A DNA stretch of 64,000 nucleotides, from positions 21,603 through 85,602 of the forward strand of contig JOSY01000006.1 of the NCBI GenBank assembly GCA_000746765.1, read 5' to 3'. The position numbers and the translations under genes were made by a program. This document shows, in pieces, positions 21,479 to 31,738 of the stretch. The notes under the pieces are model-generated. The model had not been told where the DNA came from, searched no databases, and was given only the letters and a program-made list of their open reading frames with translations. This DNA is from Marine Group I thaumarchaeote SCGC AAA799-D11 (lineage in GTDB: Archaea > Thermoproteota > Nitrososphaeria > Nitrososphaerales > Nitrosopumilaceae). How positions within the stretch are numbered: position 1 is the stretch's first letter; each line of letters starts with the position of its first letter.

Positions 21479-22410
21479 TTTAGATCTAAGTATATTGGAA
21501 CTCCCTTTTGACTAGATAAAAGTGCAGCTTCAGCAATCTTTGAAACATTTACTGCTTGTTGCGCTGTTACAATATGTTCATTCTTACCTTCAATTGCATC
21601 AAGAAAACTTTGAATTTCTATCAACAAAGGTTCTTGTTTTTTATTTTCTATATTTTCAATCTCTTCTTGTTTTTCTACTTTGATTTCTTGTGTGATGAAA
21701 TCTGATGAAATCCTTGCATCATTACAAATTGCATAAAACTTTCTAATTCTTTTTGGTGTAATCCAATTTGATGTAATGATTGCAACTTTGTTATCTTTGT
21801 ATCCTAACATAATGGTTGCAAAATCTTCATGTTCATGTTTAATATGTCCTGATCTTGCAAATACAACATTTGGCATTTCATCAAATAACCAATTAGCAGT
21901 ATCAATATCATGAACTGAAGTATCATATACGATCCCTACATCTTTAATGTGAAGCGGCATCCTATTTTCACGATGAAATTCAAGCATAATTAGTTCACCA
22001 TATTTTTTCTCTTTTACTAGATTCTTCACGACTTCTACTGCAGGATTAAATCTCTCAATATATCCACAAGTAAGAATTACTTTGTTTTTTTCTGCAAGTT
22101 TTACAAGCTCTTCACCCTCTTCGGTTTTGTATGTAAGAGGCTTTTCAACAAATACATGTTTTTTTGCTTCAAGTAATTTCTTTGCAATATCTGCGTGAGT
22201 AGATGTTGGTGTAACAACAAATGCTCCATCAAATTCTTCAGATGTCAGCATCTCTTCAAGTGATTCATAGTGATTCACAGAATATTTTTCTCCAAACTCT
22301 TTACTACGTTGCGCATCAGTATCACAAATTGCACTTAGTACTCCTAACTCTGATAATACTCTGGCATGGTTCTTGCCCCATCCTCCTGTACCAATTTGCA
22401 CTATTTTCAT
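21475..22410 (-). CDS. Gfo/Idh/MocA family oxidoreductase
   Basis: IGTGGWG, HVFVEKP, ERFNPA, D..VHDID. Confidence 0.9.
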   Translation of the reverse strand: MKIVQIGTGGWGKNHARVLSELGVLSAICDTDAQRSKEFGEKYSVNHYESLEEMLTSEEFDGAFVVTPTSTHADIAKKLLEAKKHVFVEKPLTYKTEEGEELVKLAEKNKVILTCGYIERFNPAVEVVKNLVKEKKYGELIMLEFHRENRMPLHIKDVGIVYDTSVHDIDTANWLFDEMPNVVFARSGHIKHEHEDFATIMLGYKDNKVAIITSNWITPKRIRKFYAICNDARISSDFITQEIKVEKQEEIENIENKKQEPLLIEIQSFLDAIEGKNEHIVTAQQAVNVSKIAEAALLSSQKGVPIYLDLK

Positions 22411-23328
22411 CTAATACACCGCAGTTAACCAATGAGAATAATCATCATTTTTGTTCATTACTATATCTGTATACTCTTCCATCATCTTCTTCGTAATGTC
22501 TCCTGGTTTACCATTGCCTATTTTCTTTCCATCAAGTGAAATTATGGGTGTTATTTCAGCTGCAGTTCCTGTTAGAAATACCTCATCAGATATTGCAAGT
22601 TCACTTCTTGTAATGTCTCTTTCAACTATCTCAATGTCCAAATCTTTTGCAATTTTGATTACAGCATCTCGTGTAATTCCTTCTAGTGCAGCTGATGCTA
22701 ATGATGGTGTTGCAATCTGACCTTCTCTAACTATGAAGATATTCTCACCTGGTGCCTCACTAACATTTCCATTATGATCTAGTAAGATTGCTTCATCTAC
22801 TCCATTTCTTTTTGCCTCTTGTGTTGCAATGATTGAATTTAGATAATTTCCTCCCATTTTTGCCTGAGGTGGGGTTGACATATCTGAGAATTTTCTCCAA
22901 GAAACAACCCCTGCTGAAATTCCATTTTTGTTAAACAAATCCCCAAATGGAAATGTGAAAATTGCAACATTTGTTGGGGCTTTTTCAGTAACATGAAGAT
23001 TTATTCCATAATCTCCAACAAAATAAAATGGTCTAATGTAACATGATTTTTTGAGTTTATTTTTCTTGCATATTCCTATTATTGCATCAGAAATTTCTTT
23101 ATCTGAAAAATTTAATGAAATGTTATAAAATTGCCCTGATCTTCTAAATCGTTTTACATGTTCATCTAGTCTAAACACATGAAGATTTTTTCCATTCCAA
23201 TATGCTCTAATGCCTTCAAAAATTGATGTTCCATAATGTATTGCATGTGTTGTAATTGGAACTTGTGCTTTTTCTGTTAGAACATATTTTCCATCAAACC
23301 AAACATATTTTGAAAGTGGAAGTTTCAT
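22411..23328 (-). CDS. ilvE: Branched-chain amino acid aminotransferase
   Basis: HYGTSIFEGIR, AKMGGNY PLP lysine, EAPGEN, LEGITR, GTAAE. Confidence 0.95.
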   Translation of the reverse strand: MKLPLSKYVWFDGKYVLTEKAQVPITTHAIHYGTSIFEGIRAYWNGKNLHVFRLDEHVKRFRRSGQFYNISLNFSDKEISDAIIGICKKNKLKKSCYIRPFYFVGDYGINLHVTEKAPTNVAIFTFPFGDLFNKNGISAGVVSWRKFSDMSTPPQAKMGGNYLNSIIATQEAKRNGVDEAILLDHNGNVSEAPGENIFIVREGQIATPSLASAALEGITRDAVIKIAKDLDIEIVERDITRSELAISDEVFLTGTAAEITPIISLDGKKIGNGKPGDITKKMMEEYTDIVMNKNDDYSHWLTAVY

Positions 23329-23366
23329 AAGAAAATTCCTTTGGTTTTAGTATTAATCTATTTGGC

Positions 23367-23771
23367 TTGAATGAACTATTTAGTTCTGATTCTTATACTA
23401 ATACAATTGAGAGAGATTATGACTTCTACTGTATGTGGGTCTATTTGAAAATTAATCTAAAACCAAAATATTGGGTATTGATTGGAATTGCAGTTCTTGC
23501 TATTCCATTTATTCATACAAACAATCAATTTTTAGCAGAACAAGAAGTAAAGAATGCTGAAAAATTAATCAGCGATACAGAAAGATTCGAAAAACTTGAA
23601 GAAGAAAGAAAACAAACACTAGAATCTTCTGAAACAGAAGATAAAGTCAAAGCAGCAATTGCAAATAATGTTGATACATCAAATGACGTTACTTGCATGG
23701 AGATTGCAAGTAATATCTCTGGTGGAGATTTTGATATATATCAAAAAGCATTAACTGAATGTCAAAAATAA
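23367..23771 (+). CDS. Hypothetical membrane-anchored protein (start uncertain)
   Basis: ORF with one TM segment and a coiled-coil region. Confidence 0.55.
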   Translation: MNELFSSDSYTNTIERDYDFYCMWVYLKINLKPKYWVLIGIAVLAIPFIHTNNQFLAEQEVKNAEKLISDTERFEKLEEERKQTLESSETEDKVKAAIANNVDTSNDVTCMEIASNISGGDFDIYQKALTECQK

Positions 23772-23774
23772 TTT

Positions 23775-24377
23775 CTACTTTGACCAGCCTTCTTTGGGAA
23801 ATTTCATCCCTGCTACTCTGGTTGTCATGTCTTCTAAATCTGCAAATTTCTTTACTGTCTCCCAATCATCTTCTATCACCTTAGCTATATTTTCAGGAAC
23901 ATCCTCTTTCCATGACGATTCTTTTCCAAGTGCTGCATCATACAATTTTTCTTTGACTGATGCTGCAGAAAGTGATTTTCTTTCTCCTATCCTTGGTTTT
24001 AATCTGTAAATCTTTAACATGTATCCTTCAGCTTTGTCACCTGTATATGAGAAAAATTCTCCTTCAACTCCACGTAAAATTTGCTTTCTTAGTTTCCATG
24101 ACTTTGGTGAGAGTAATGGTGGCATGTACTTCTTAAATGGCGCAAAAAATGCATAATCATCAGTTATTTGAATCGAATCCCCAAATACTGATTCTAACAT
24201 CTTCTTTCTGGTTTTAAAATTAAATGGAAAACTTTTACTGTTAATCTCTTTATCGCCATCTTTGAAAACAACAGGCATTACTTTTACAACATCTGCATCT
24301 TTTTTCAATTCCTCAATAATTTCTACATGAGCATTTGTTACCGGATTTAGATGTGCAAGATATAATGCAGTAATCAA
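23775..24377 (-). CDS. HIGH-superfamily nucleotidyltransferase-like protein
   Basis: HLNPVTNAH (degenerate HxGH), PF...R..M, LSAASVKE (SxT/SxxR-like), W...VP. Confidence 0.65.
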   Translation of the reverse strand: MITALYLAHLNPVTNAHVEIIEELKKDADVVKVMPVVFKDGDKEINSKSFPFNFKTRKKMLESVFGDSIQITDDYAFFAPFKKYMPPLLSPKSWKLRKQILRGVEGEFFSYTGDKAEGYMLKIYRLKPRIGERKSLSAASVKEKLYDAALGKESSWKEDVPENIAKVIEDDWETVKKFADLEDMTTRVAGMKFPKEGWSK

Positions 24378-24428
24378 TTAGATTCACTAAACAAATCTCA
24401 TATTTCAATGATTGATTTTTTAAAAATT

Positions 24429-25274
24429 CTATCCGTATGATTCGTATTTGACTTCGAAACTTCCGTCTTCACGTTTATCATGTTCTGTGACAAAGCCTTT
24501 TGGTTTTAAGAAGTCCATTACTCCATCAATCGTGCCTTGCCAACCACATACATAGAATATTGTGTTTTCTTTAGTAATTTTATCTCCAATCAATTCTTCT
24601 AATGGAGACATTCCGTTGTCTCTTGGTCTTAGGAATGTTTCAACTCTGCCAATCTGACCTGCCCATGATCTGTTAAACCATTCTTGAGGTCTACTGATTG
24701 CTGCTCTGTATTTGAAATTCCACTCATCCTTTCCTCTTCTAATACTCTCATTTTCTAGTTCAGTTAACAGATCTTTGTAACTTAACTCATCAACATAACT
24801 GGCACCATGTAACACAACAATCTCTCGTTTGTCTCCTGCATCATGTAGGTGCTGTGCAAAACTAACAAAAGGTGCAAGACCTGTTCCTCCACCGATACAG
24901 ACTATTCTTCTGTTATCTTTTTCTCCATTTGGAAGCTCTTCATTGATTAATAATGCTCTTCCTGTTGGTTTGAGCCAGAGAATTTCATCTCCTTCTTTTG
25001 CATTAAACAACTGTGTAGTTAATCTTCCTGGAAGTGGTTTTCTTACCCATCTAATTACAAGCTCAATGTATTCTCTATTTTCTGGATGTGATGCAATGGA
25101 GTATGCTCTTCTAACAATTTTACCCCTTTCAACGGGATTTGGTAATCCTAATGTGATGAATTGACCAGCTTTATACTCTGGAACTGGGCCTTCTTTTGGA
25201 ACTAATCTAATAATTACAAGATCTTCTTTTAATAACTGAACATATGTGATAGTTGCTTTGTTATCTACTACCAT
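24429..25274 (-). CDS. Ferredoxin--NADP(+) reductase
   Basis: GQF, RAYSIAS, GGGTGLAPF, YVCG, E.YG C-terminus. Confidence 0.9.
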   Translation of the reverse strand: MVVDNKATITYVQLLKEDLVIIRLVPKEGPVPEYKAGQFITLGLPNPVERGKIVRRAYSIASHPENREYIELVIRWVRKPLPGRLTTQLFNAKEGDEILWLKPTGRALLINEELPNGEKDNRRIVCIGGGTGLAPFVSFAQHLHDAGDKREIVVLHGASYVDELSYKDLLTELENESIRRGKDEWNFKYRAAISRPQEWFNRSWAGQIGRVETFLRPRDNGMSPLEELIGDKITKENTIFYVCGWQGTIDGVMDFLKPKGFVTEHDKREDGSFEVKYESYG

Positions 25275-25398
25275 AACGATTCAATCATAATATTGACGGT
25301 TAAATATATTGTGTTAATTTCATACATCGATTTTCTATTTGACCGCTAAACGTTAATAACCAATTTGAAAAATCTTAATGATTCAGAATTCTGAATAT

Positions 25399-25472
25399 GG
25401 GCCGGTCGTCTAGTCTGGTAGGATAGGTGCATGGCATGCATCGGATCAAGGGTTCAAATCCCTTCCGGTCCA
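25399..25472 (+). tRNA. tRNA-Ala(GGC)
   Basis: GGGCCGG/CCGGTCC acceptor with G3:U70, GGTGC-ATGGCAT-GCATC anticodon arm, GGTTCAAATCC. Confidence 0.93.
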
Positions 25473-26012
25473 CTATTTCTTTTTTAATTTTGAAAGCATT
25501 TTTAACAATTCAGAATCTGCATCTTTGGAAATTTCTTTAATTTTTTCTTCAGAAATTGGAAATTTTAGATTAATTATTGCTTGTAATGCGCTTTTTCTTA
25601 CTTCCATGTTTGTATCTAGTACAGAGTCTAGGAAAATTTCTCTTTCTTCTTTGGCTTTTAGATGGCTTAGTGCGCCAATTGCACATGATCTTACCATAGA
25701 GCGTTCATCTTTTGCAAGTTTTGCTATCTTAGGAATTGCAGATGTTTCGTTTCTGTTTGCTAATGCTAGTGCTGCAAAACCTCTAACATTTTTGCTAGTG
25801 GAATTCAAATTTTGAATTAAAAAATTTGAAATTTTATTTTTATTTAATACAAGTGAACTGAATGCTTCTCCTCTCACTTTAATATCATCATCGTCTAATT
25901 TTGAAATAATTTTTTCTAAAATTTCAGGATTATCTGTTTTATCAAGAGTTTCTAAAATTTTGATTTTTTCTTCACTACTTCCAGATTCTAAAACTTTTAC
26001 AATATTTTCCAA
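25473..26012 (-). CDS. HEAT/PBS-lyase repeat protein
   Basis: Repeated L.D....VR..A..AL units. Confidence 0.85.
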   Translation of the reverse strand: MENIVKVLESGSSEEKIKILETLDKTDNPEILEKIISKLDDDDIKVRGEAFSSLVLNKNKISNFLIQNLNSTSKNVRGFAALALANRNETSAIPKIAKLAKDERSMVRSCAIGALSHLKAKEEREIFLDSVLDTNMEVRKSALQAIINLKFPISEEKIKEISKDADSELLKMLSKLKKK

Positions 26013-26127
26013 ATTCTAAATAAAATCTTGATTTCTAGTTAATAATAGTTCAAATCTTTTAAAAAAATTTGCTCATACTAGAAAAAACACTTTTAGCTTT
26101 AAATTATCCTTAAATACCAACTTTTCC

Positions 26128-26415
26128 ATGTCAACCGAAGCAAGAGACACCATATTCATTGGTAAGAAACCATTGATGGCATATGTTACATCAACGCTAA
26201 TTCAATTGGCAAACTTACCATCCGTCAACATCAAAGCTAGAGGACTCAGCATTGGACGTGCTGTAGATGTAGCTCAAATCATTGCACGAAAAACAGAAAA
26301 TGCAGGATACTCTATCGGAGAAATCAAAATAGGCTCAGAATCTTTAGAGTCACAAGACGGTAGAACAAGAAACGTTTCAACAATAGAAATTGAAGTAAAG
26401 AGAAATCAGGCATAA
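26128..26415 (+). CDS. albA: DNA/RNA-binding protein Alba
   Basis: IFIGKKPLMAYV, KARG.SI.RAVDVA, VSTIEI. Confidence 0.95.
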   Translation: MSTEARDTIFIGKKPLMAYVTSTLIQLANLPSVNIKARGLSIGRAVDVAQIIARKTENAGYSIGEIKIGSESLESQDGRTRNVSTIEIEVKRNQA

Positions 26416-26440
26416 CTGACTTTACTTGTAATTTTTTATT

Positions 26441-27307
26441 TTATTCTCTTTTTGAAAATCCGTACTTCTTTTCCATTTTTCTAAATTTTGATAGCTCTAC
26501 CAAGTCATTGAACTGATCAAAATTAACTACTTTGTTTTTGTATTTGGAAGTTGTCCCTGTATTTTTTAACTCTTGAAGAATATTCATTGTAGCAAAAGTA
26601 TTTGCAAACAATACTGATAGTGGATACAAAATTATTTTAAAACCCATTTTATGCAATTGTTGAGCTGAACTAATTGGAGTTGCTCCTCCTTCAATCATAT
26701 TTGCAACAAGTGGAGCTTTTATTGACTTTCCAATTTGTTTCATTTCTTCTATTGTTCTTGGTGCTTCAACAAATATTGCATCAGCTCCTGTTTTTTTATT
26801 TTGTAATCCTCTTTCTATTGCCGCATCAAGTCCTTCTGTTGCTCTTGCATCAGTTCTTGCAACAATTATGAAATCTTTACTTTCCCTTGCATCAATTGCA
26901 GCTCCAAGTTTTTCTGTATATTCTTCTTGTGACACAACTTCTTTTCCTTGCATATGTCCACATCGCTTTGGCCATCTTTGGTCTTCTAGAAAAATTCCTG
27001 ATGCACCTGCAGATTCCAATTCTTTTACAAGCTTCCAAACACTAAGGGCATTTCCGTAACCTGTATCTGAATCAACTATTACTGGAACCTTTACTGCTCT
27101 GCAAATTCTTCTTGCATTATCAACTGTTTCTGTTGCTCCTATGAATCCATAATCTGGCATTCCAAAGAGGGTAGCTGATGTACCATATCCTGTTTGAAAC
27201 ATTGCATCAAATCCCACTTTTTCTGCAATCTTTGCACCAATTGCATCATAAACTCCAGGAATAACCACAGGCTTGTTAGATTTTAGCATACTACGTAAAT
27301 TTTTCAT
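26441..27307 (-). CDS. Isocitrate lyase/PEP mutase family protein (methylisocitrate lyase-like)
   Basis: DSDTGYG, LEDQ..PKRCGH, ARTDA, GADAIFVE. Confidence 0.85.
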   Translation of the reverse strand: MKNLRSMLKSNKPVVIPGVYDAIGAKIAEKVGFDAMFQTGYGTSATLFGMPDYGFIGATETVDNARRICRAVKVPVIVDSDTGYGNALSVWKLVKELESAGASGIFLEDQRWPKRCGHMQGKEVVSQEEYTEKLGAAIDARESKDFIIVARTDARATEGLDAAIERGLQNKKTGADAIFVEAPRTIEEMKQIGKSIKAPLVANMIEGGATPISSAQQLHKMGFKIILYPLSVLFANTFATMNILQELKNTGTTSKYKNKVVNFDQFNDLVELSKFRKMEKKYGFSKRE

Positions 27308-27523
27308 GAATTTACTTTTCTTCTGAATTATTTATCATTTTAAGGAGATATCTCGTTTACTATGTGCTACTTGCATGAGTTTTTTTACAACTTTTTGATG
27401 ATTATCAATTTCATATTTTATGAGAACACATACTGCTTTTGATTCTCTTACCACTATACCATTTTTTTGAAATATTGATCGTTATAGATTATCCAATCTT
27501 TGTAATTTACGTAATTCTAAGAA

Positions 27524-28048
27524 CTAGTCTATCTTGATTTCTTTGCCTTTTTCTTCAACATCTTTTGCATCGATTTTTTTTAGTTCTTCTTGAAGAAATT
27601 TTCTATATTTTTCAGTTTCTTCACTGGTCATATTTGCAACATTTGAACTCAAAATTGCTCCCATTGAAGATATCTTTTCGAGCAAATCCATTGCTACAAA
27701 TCTTCCAACATTTCCCAATCTGAAAAGAACATCTAATTGTTTTTTCACAATATCATTAACTTTGTCAACATCTTGTGCAGTTTCAGAACCTTTCTCTGTT
27801 AATTGATACTTTCCATCTTTTGTTTCTTGGATTAACCCTTCATCTAGTAATCTTCCTAACAAAGGATAGATCAAACCTGGTGATGGTTTCCAAATTCCAT
27901 TACTCTGTTCAACTGCATAATCAATAATCTCTTTTCCAGTCTGCTCTTTTTTCTTCAATAATTCTAATATGAAATATCTTGAAAATCCTCTTGGGACTGA
28001 ACTTCCTACTCTCTGAAACCACTCAGAAATCATCACTGGTGATATCAC
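27524..28048 (-). CDS. PadR family transcriptional regulator
   Basis: RG...Y.IL.LL, WKPSPG.IYP.L..L...GLI, Y.LT.KG. Confidence 0.9.
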   Translation of the reverse strand: MISPVMISEWFQRVGSSVPRGFSRYFILELLKKKEQTGKEIIDYAVEQSNGIWKPSPGLIYPLLGRLLDEGLIQETKDGKYQLTEKGSETAQDVDKVNDIVKKQLDVLFRLGNVGRFVAMDLLEKISSMGAILSSNVANMTSEETEKYRKFLQEELKKIDAKDVEEKGKEIKID

Positions 28049-28126
28049 TAGTGATATATTTGAATATTTTGGATCACGCCTACAATTACTACATATTTAT
28101 CCCGCCCTAAGCAAGTTTGTCTTAAA

Positions 28127-29839
28127 ATGGTCGATTCAATCGAGTTTGATTTGATAATTTGTGGTTCTGGATTAGCCGGCCTTAGAGCAGCAATTGCAGC
28201 TGCAAAAAAGGGTCCTAATCTGAAAATCGGCATCATTTCCAAATTACAGGTAATGCGTTCTCACTCTGTTTCAGCAGAAGGTGGAACTGCTGCAGTTATT
28301 CAAGAAGATGCAGGTGATACAATTGAATCTCATGTTTATGATACTGTCAAAGGTAGTGACTTTCTTGCAGACCAAGATGTAGCAGAAAGACTATGTGTTG
28401 AAATGCCACAAGAAATCCATCAATTAGATCATTGGGGTATGCCATGGTCTAGAAAAGAAGATGGAAGAATTGATCAAAGAAACTTTGGTGGTTATAGTTT
28501 TCCACGAGCAACTTATGCATCAGACAAAGTTGGTTTCTTTGAAATGCAAACATTGTATGACACATGTCAAAAACATGAAAACATTGAATATCTTAACGAA
28601 TGGTTTGCAACCTCGATTATTCATGATGGAAAAAAATTCATGGGTCTTACTGCAATTGAACTAGGTTCTGGAACATTTTACACGATCAAAGGAAAAGCTC
28701 TCATCATTGCAACTGGCGGAGCTGGAAGACTGTATAGCTTTTCAACTTATGCATTATCCTCAACTCCTGACGGTTTGGATATGGGATTACGTGCAGGTAT
28801 GGCACTCAAAGATATGGAGTTTGTACAATTCCACCCTACTGGTATCTTACCCTCTGGTATTTTGATTACTGAAGGCGCAAGAGGAGAAGGCGGCTATCTT
28901 CTAAACAACAAAGGTGAGAGATTTATGAAAACTTATGCAGCTGGAAAAATGGAATTAGCTCCACGTGATATTGTTTCTCGTTCAATCATGACAGAAATTC
29001 AAGAAGGTCGTGGTTTCAAACATGAAACTGGAGTAGATTGTATGAAACTTGACTTGAGACATCTTGGTGATGAAAAGATTAAAGAAAAGTTAGGTGGAAT
29101 TAGAGAAATCTCAATCAAGTTTTCAGGAATTGATCCTGCTCAAGAATTACTTGACATTAGACCTGTTTGTCACTATATGATGGGAGGCCTTCATACTGAT
29201 ATTGATGGTGCCACAGAAATCCAAGGTGTTTGGGCTGCAGGTGAGGCTGCATGTAACAGCGTCCATGGCTCAAACAGACTAGGTGCAAATTCTACTTCTG
29301 AATGCATTGTTTGGGGTAAAATCACAGGTGAACTTGCAGCAGAATATGCTATGAAAAATACCACTGCTGATCAATGGCCACATCACTTGGTTGCAGCAGA
29401 AGAGAAGAGAATCTATGATGGAATCTTTAGAGGAAATGGGGATGCAAATCCATATGAAATTAGACAAGAATTAACTGATACAATGAATGAGAAAGCTTAC
29501 GTTTACAGAAATGAGACAGATCTTGTTGCTGGCCTAAAGAGGATTCGTGAACTCAAAGCACAAACTTGGAAACACGTTGATGATAAAGCAAAAGAGTACA
29601 ACACTAACTTTTCAAATGTTATGGAACTTGATTCTATGTTTAGAGTAGCTGAAATTGTATTGATTGGAGCAATTAATAGAAAAGAATCCCGTGGAGCTCA
29701 TGCAAGAACTGATTATACTAAACGAGATGATGCAAACTTTTTGCATCACACACTTGCTTACTATGACCCCAACGAACCTATAATGAAGACTCATCCAGTG
29801 ACAATCACTAAGTATCAGCCTGTGGAGAGGAAATACTAG
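28127..29839 (+). CDS. sdhA: Succinate dehydrogenase flavoprotein subunit
   Basis: GSGLAG, RSHSVSAEGG, QFHPTG, HYMMGG, HGSNRLGANS. Confidence 0.95.
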   Translation: MVDSIEFDLIICGSGLAGLRAAIAAAKKGPNLKIGIISKLQVMRSHSVSAEGGTAAVIQEDAGDTIESHVYDTVKGSDFLADQDVAERLCVEMPQEIHQLDHWGMPWSRKEDGRIDQRNFGGYSFPRATYASDKVGFFEMQTLYDTCQKHENIEYLNEWFATSIIHDGKKFMGLTAIELGSGTFYTIKGKALIIATGGAGRLYSFSTYALSSTPDGLDMGLRAGMALKDMEFVQFHPTGILPSGILITEGARGEGGYLLNNKGERFMKTYAAGKMELAPRDIVSRSIMTEIQEGRGFKHETGVDCMKLDLRHLGDEKIKEKLGGIREISIKFSGIDPAQELLDIRPVCHYMMGGLHTDIDGATEIQGVWAAGEAACNSVHGSNRLGANSTSECIVWGKITGELAAEYAMKNTTADQWPHHLVAAEEKRIYDGIFRGNGDANPYEIRQELTDTMNEKAYVYRNETDLVAGLKRIRELKAQTWKHVDDKAKEYNTNFSNVMELDSMFRVAEIVLIGAINRKESRGAHARTDYTKRDDANFLHHTLAYYDPNEPIMKTHPVTITKYQPVERKY

Positions 29840-30271
29840 ATGACTCAAGACGAACACAAAGAAGGTTTCAAAGGCATGGCTAATCCTAGTCGTTATGGAA
29901 TTGAAAGAGTAGCTTATTGGTTAATGAGGTTAAGCGGATTGGGATTATTAGCATATTTTATCGGTCACATTTATGAAACTAGTAATATTTTACGAGGACG
30001 TGTAGGATGGAATGAGTTTCTAGAATTAACTCAAACCACTGAAGGACATATTGTTTTGGCAATTGTCATTGCAATGTGTGTCTTTCACACTGTTAATGGA
30101 ATTAGAGTAATGTTAGGGCATGGTGGAGTTGGTGTTGGAAAACCTGCAAGACCTGATTACCCATATGACCCAGCATCTCAAAATTACAGACACAAGATAG
30201 GAATCTATTCTGCAATAATTCTTGCTGCAATTGCTATGATGTATGGATTAGCCGTAATGTTTGGTGAATAA
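29840..30271 (+). CDS. sdhC: Succinate dehydrogenase cytochrome b subunit
   Basis: RLSG, FHTVNGIR; operon context. Confidence 0.85.
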   Translation: MTQDEHKEGFKGMANPSRYGIERVAYWLMRLSGLGLLAYFIGHIYETSNILRGRVGWNEFLELTQTTEGHIVLAIVIAMCVFHTVNGIRVMLGHGGVGVGKPARPDYPYDPASQNYRHKIGIYSAIILAAIAMMYGLAVMFGE

Positions 30272-30272
30272 A

Positions 30273-30617
30273 ATGAGAGAAAGCACAATTATGAAAATTC
30301 ACTATGGAACTGCTCTGGCAGCAGTTGCCTTGGTTGCTGTTCACATATTGATGCGTATGACTATGAATTTTGCCGACTCTTTAGAATATGAAACAGTTCT
30401 TGCAAATTACAAATTCATTCCTTATGCAATAATGTTGGAATTGATCTTAGTTTTACTTTCTATTCATGGATTTAATGGACTACGTGTAATCTTATTGGAA
30501 CTCAAACAAGGACGTATGTATGAGAAAGCAGTTTCATATGGTTGTCTTGCTGCAATGTTTGGATTAATTGCATATGGTTCACGAACAATTATTATGACTA
30601 ACATGGGGATGGTGTAG
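30273..30617 (+). CDS. sdhD: Succinate dehydrogenase membrane anchor
   Basis: 3 TM helices, HGFNGLRVIL; operon context. Confidence 0.82.
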   Translation: MRESTIMKIHYGTALAAVALVAVHILMRMTMNFADSLEYETVLANYKFIPYAIMLELILVLLSIHGFNGLRVILLELKQGRMYEKAVSYGCLAAMFGLIAYGSRTIIMTNMGMV

Positions 30618-30619
30618 AG

Positions 30620-31369
30620 ATGGCACAAGTTTCTAGTATTGCAGATGACCAATCCTCCAAATCCATCACTCTTAGAATTGCAAGATACAATCCTGAAAAA
30701 GACAGTGAAAGACAATTCATGGAATTTACTGTCCCATATGAGAAATGGACCACTGTACTTGAAGCAATTCTTGATGTAAAGAAACACTTTGATCATTCAG
30801 TTGCTGTACGTTATTCATGCAGACAAGCAACATGTGGTTCATGTGGAATGATAATTAATGGAAAACCAAGACTTGCATGTTTTACAAAAATTAGTGAACT
30901 TGATTCAAATATTGTAACTGTAGAACCAATGAATAACTTTCCAATCATTCGTGATTTGGCTGTAAAGTTTGAAAGATTGTTTGACACTCATCACAAAATC
31001 AAACCTTATCTAGATAGAGATGATACTGAACTAGAATCAGATGCAAAAGAATTCTTGCAATCTCCAGAGGAATTAGAACAATACATCCAATTTGCAAATT
31101 GTATCAAATGTGGATTATGTAATTCAGCATGTCCTACTATGGCTACTGATTCTTCATTTGTTGGCCCACAAGCTCTTGCTCAGGCATATCGTTATGTTGC
31201 TGATAGCCGGGATAAAGGAAAAGATTCTAGACTAAAAATTATTGATGACTCTCATGGAATTTGGAGATGTCATTTTGCTGGCTCTTGTAGCCAAGTATGT
31301 CCAAAAGGTGTTGACCCTGCAATGGGAATTCAACTTCTTAGAGGATATATGCTTGGTTTTAGAAGTTAA
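30620..31369 (+). CDS. sdhB: Succinate dehydrogenase iron-sulfur subunit
   Basis: SCRQATCGSC, CIKCGLCNSACP, CHFAGSCSQVCP. Confidence 0.95.
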   Translation: MAQVSSIADDQSSKSITLRIARYNPEKDSERQFMEFTVPYEKWTTVLEAILDVKKHFDHSVAVRYSCRQATCGSCGMIINGKPRLACFTKISELDSNIVTVEPMNNFPIIRDLAVKFERLFDTHHKIKPYLDRDDTELESDAKEFLQSPEELEQYIQFANCIKCGLCNSACPTMATDSSFVGPQALAQAYRYVADSRDKGKDSRLKIIDDSHGIWRCHFAGSCSQVCPKGVDPAMGIQLLRGYMLGFRS

Positions 31370-31689
31370 CCAAGTTTTTTTGGATTTGGACTATTGTTAA
31401 CTTGATTGTTAATCTGCTCTGCCATAAAGTGATTTGATACATTCACTTTAACATCTTCAACTCCATCCACTTTCAACAGGTTGTCATGTATGTCTTGACA
31501 AATTTTAAAACCAAACACTGCTGGACAGAATGGGCTTGTTAAATGCAAATCAACTTTAACATTGCTATCATTGATGTCAACTTCATCAATTAATTCTAGT
31601 TCTACAATTGATGTGTTAATTTCTGGATCTACAATCTTTGATAACTCATCGAATAGTTTTACCCGAAGCTGTTTGATATCTTGACTCAT
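31366..31689 (-). CDS. Fe-S cluster assembly factor (DUF59/SufT/MIP18 family)
   Basis: IVDPEI..SIVEL, LTSPFCP. Confidence 0.88.
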   Translation of the reverse strand: MSQDIKQLRVKLFDELSKIVDPEINTSIVELELIDEVDINDSNVKVDLHLTSPFCPAVFGFKICQDIHDNLLKVDGVEDVKVNVSNHFMAEQINNQVNNSPNPKKLG

Positions 31690-31738
31690 GTGGGCAAAAG
31701 CGTCGATGCTATATATAACCATTCTAGAACCTTAGGTA

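Noticed and set aside
27336-27455. Short minus-strand ORF (VVRESKAVCVLIKYEIDNHQKVVKKLMQV...) faintly like an Lrp/AsnC domain start
   Set aside because: Only ~39 codons, no clear ATG start and similarity too weak to call
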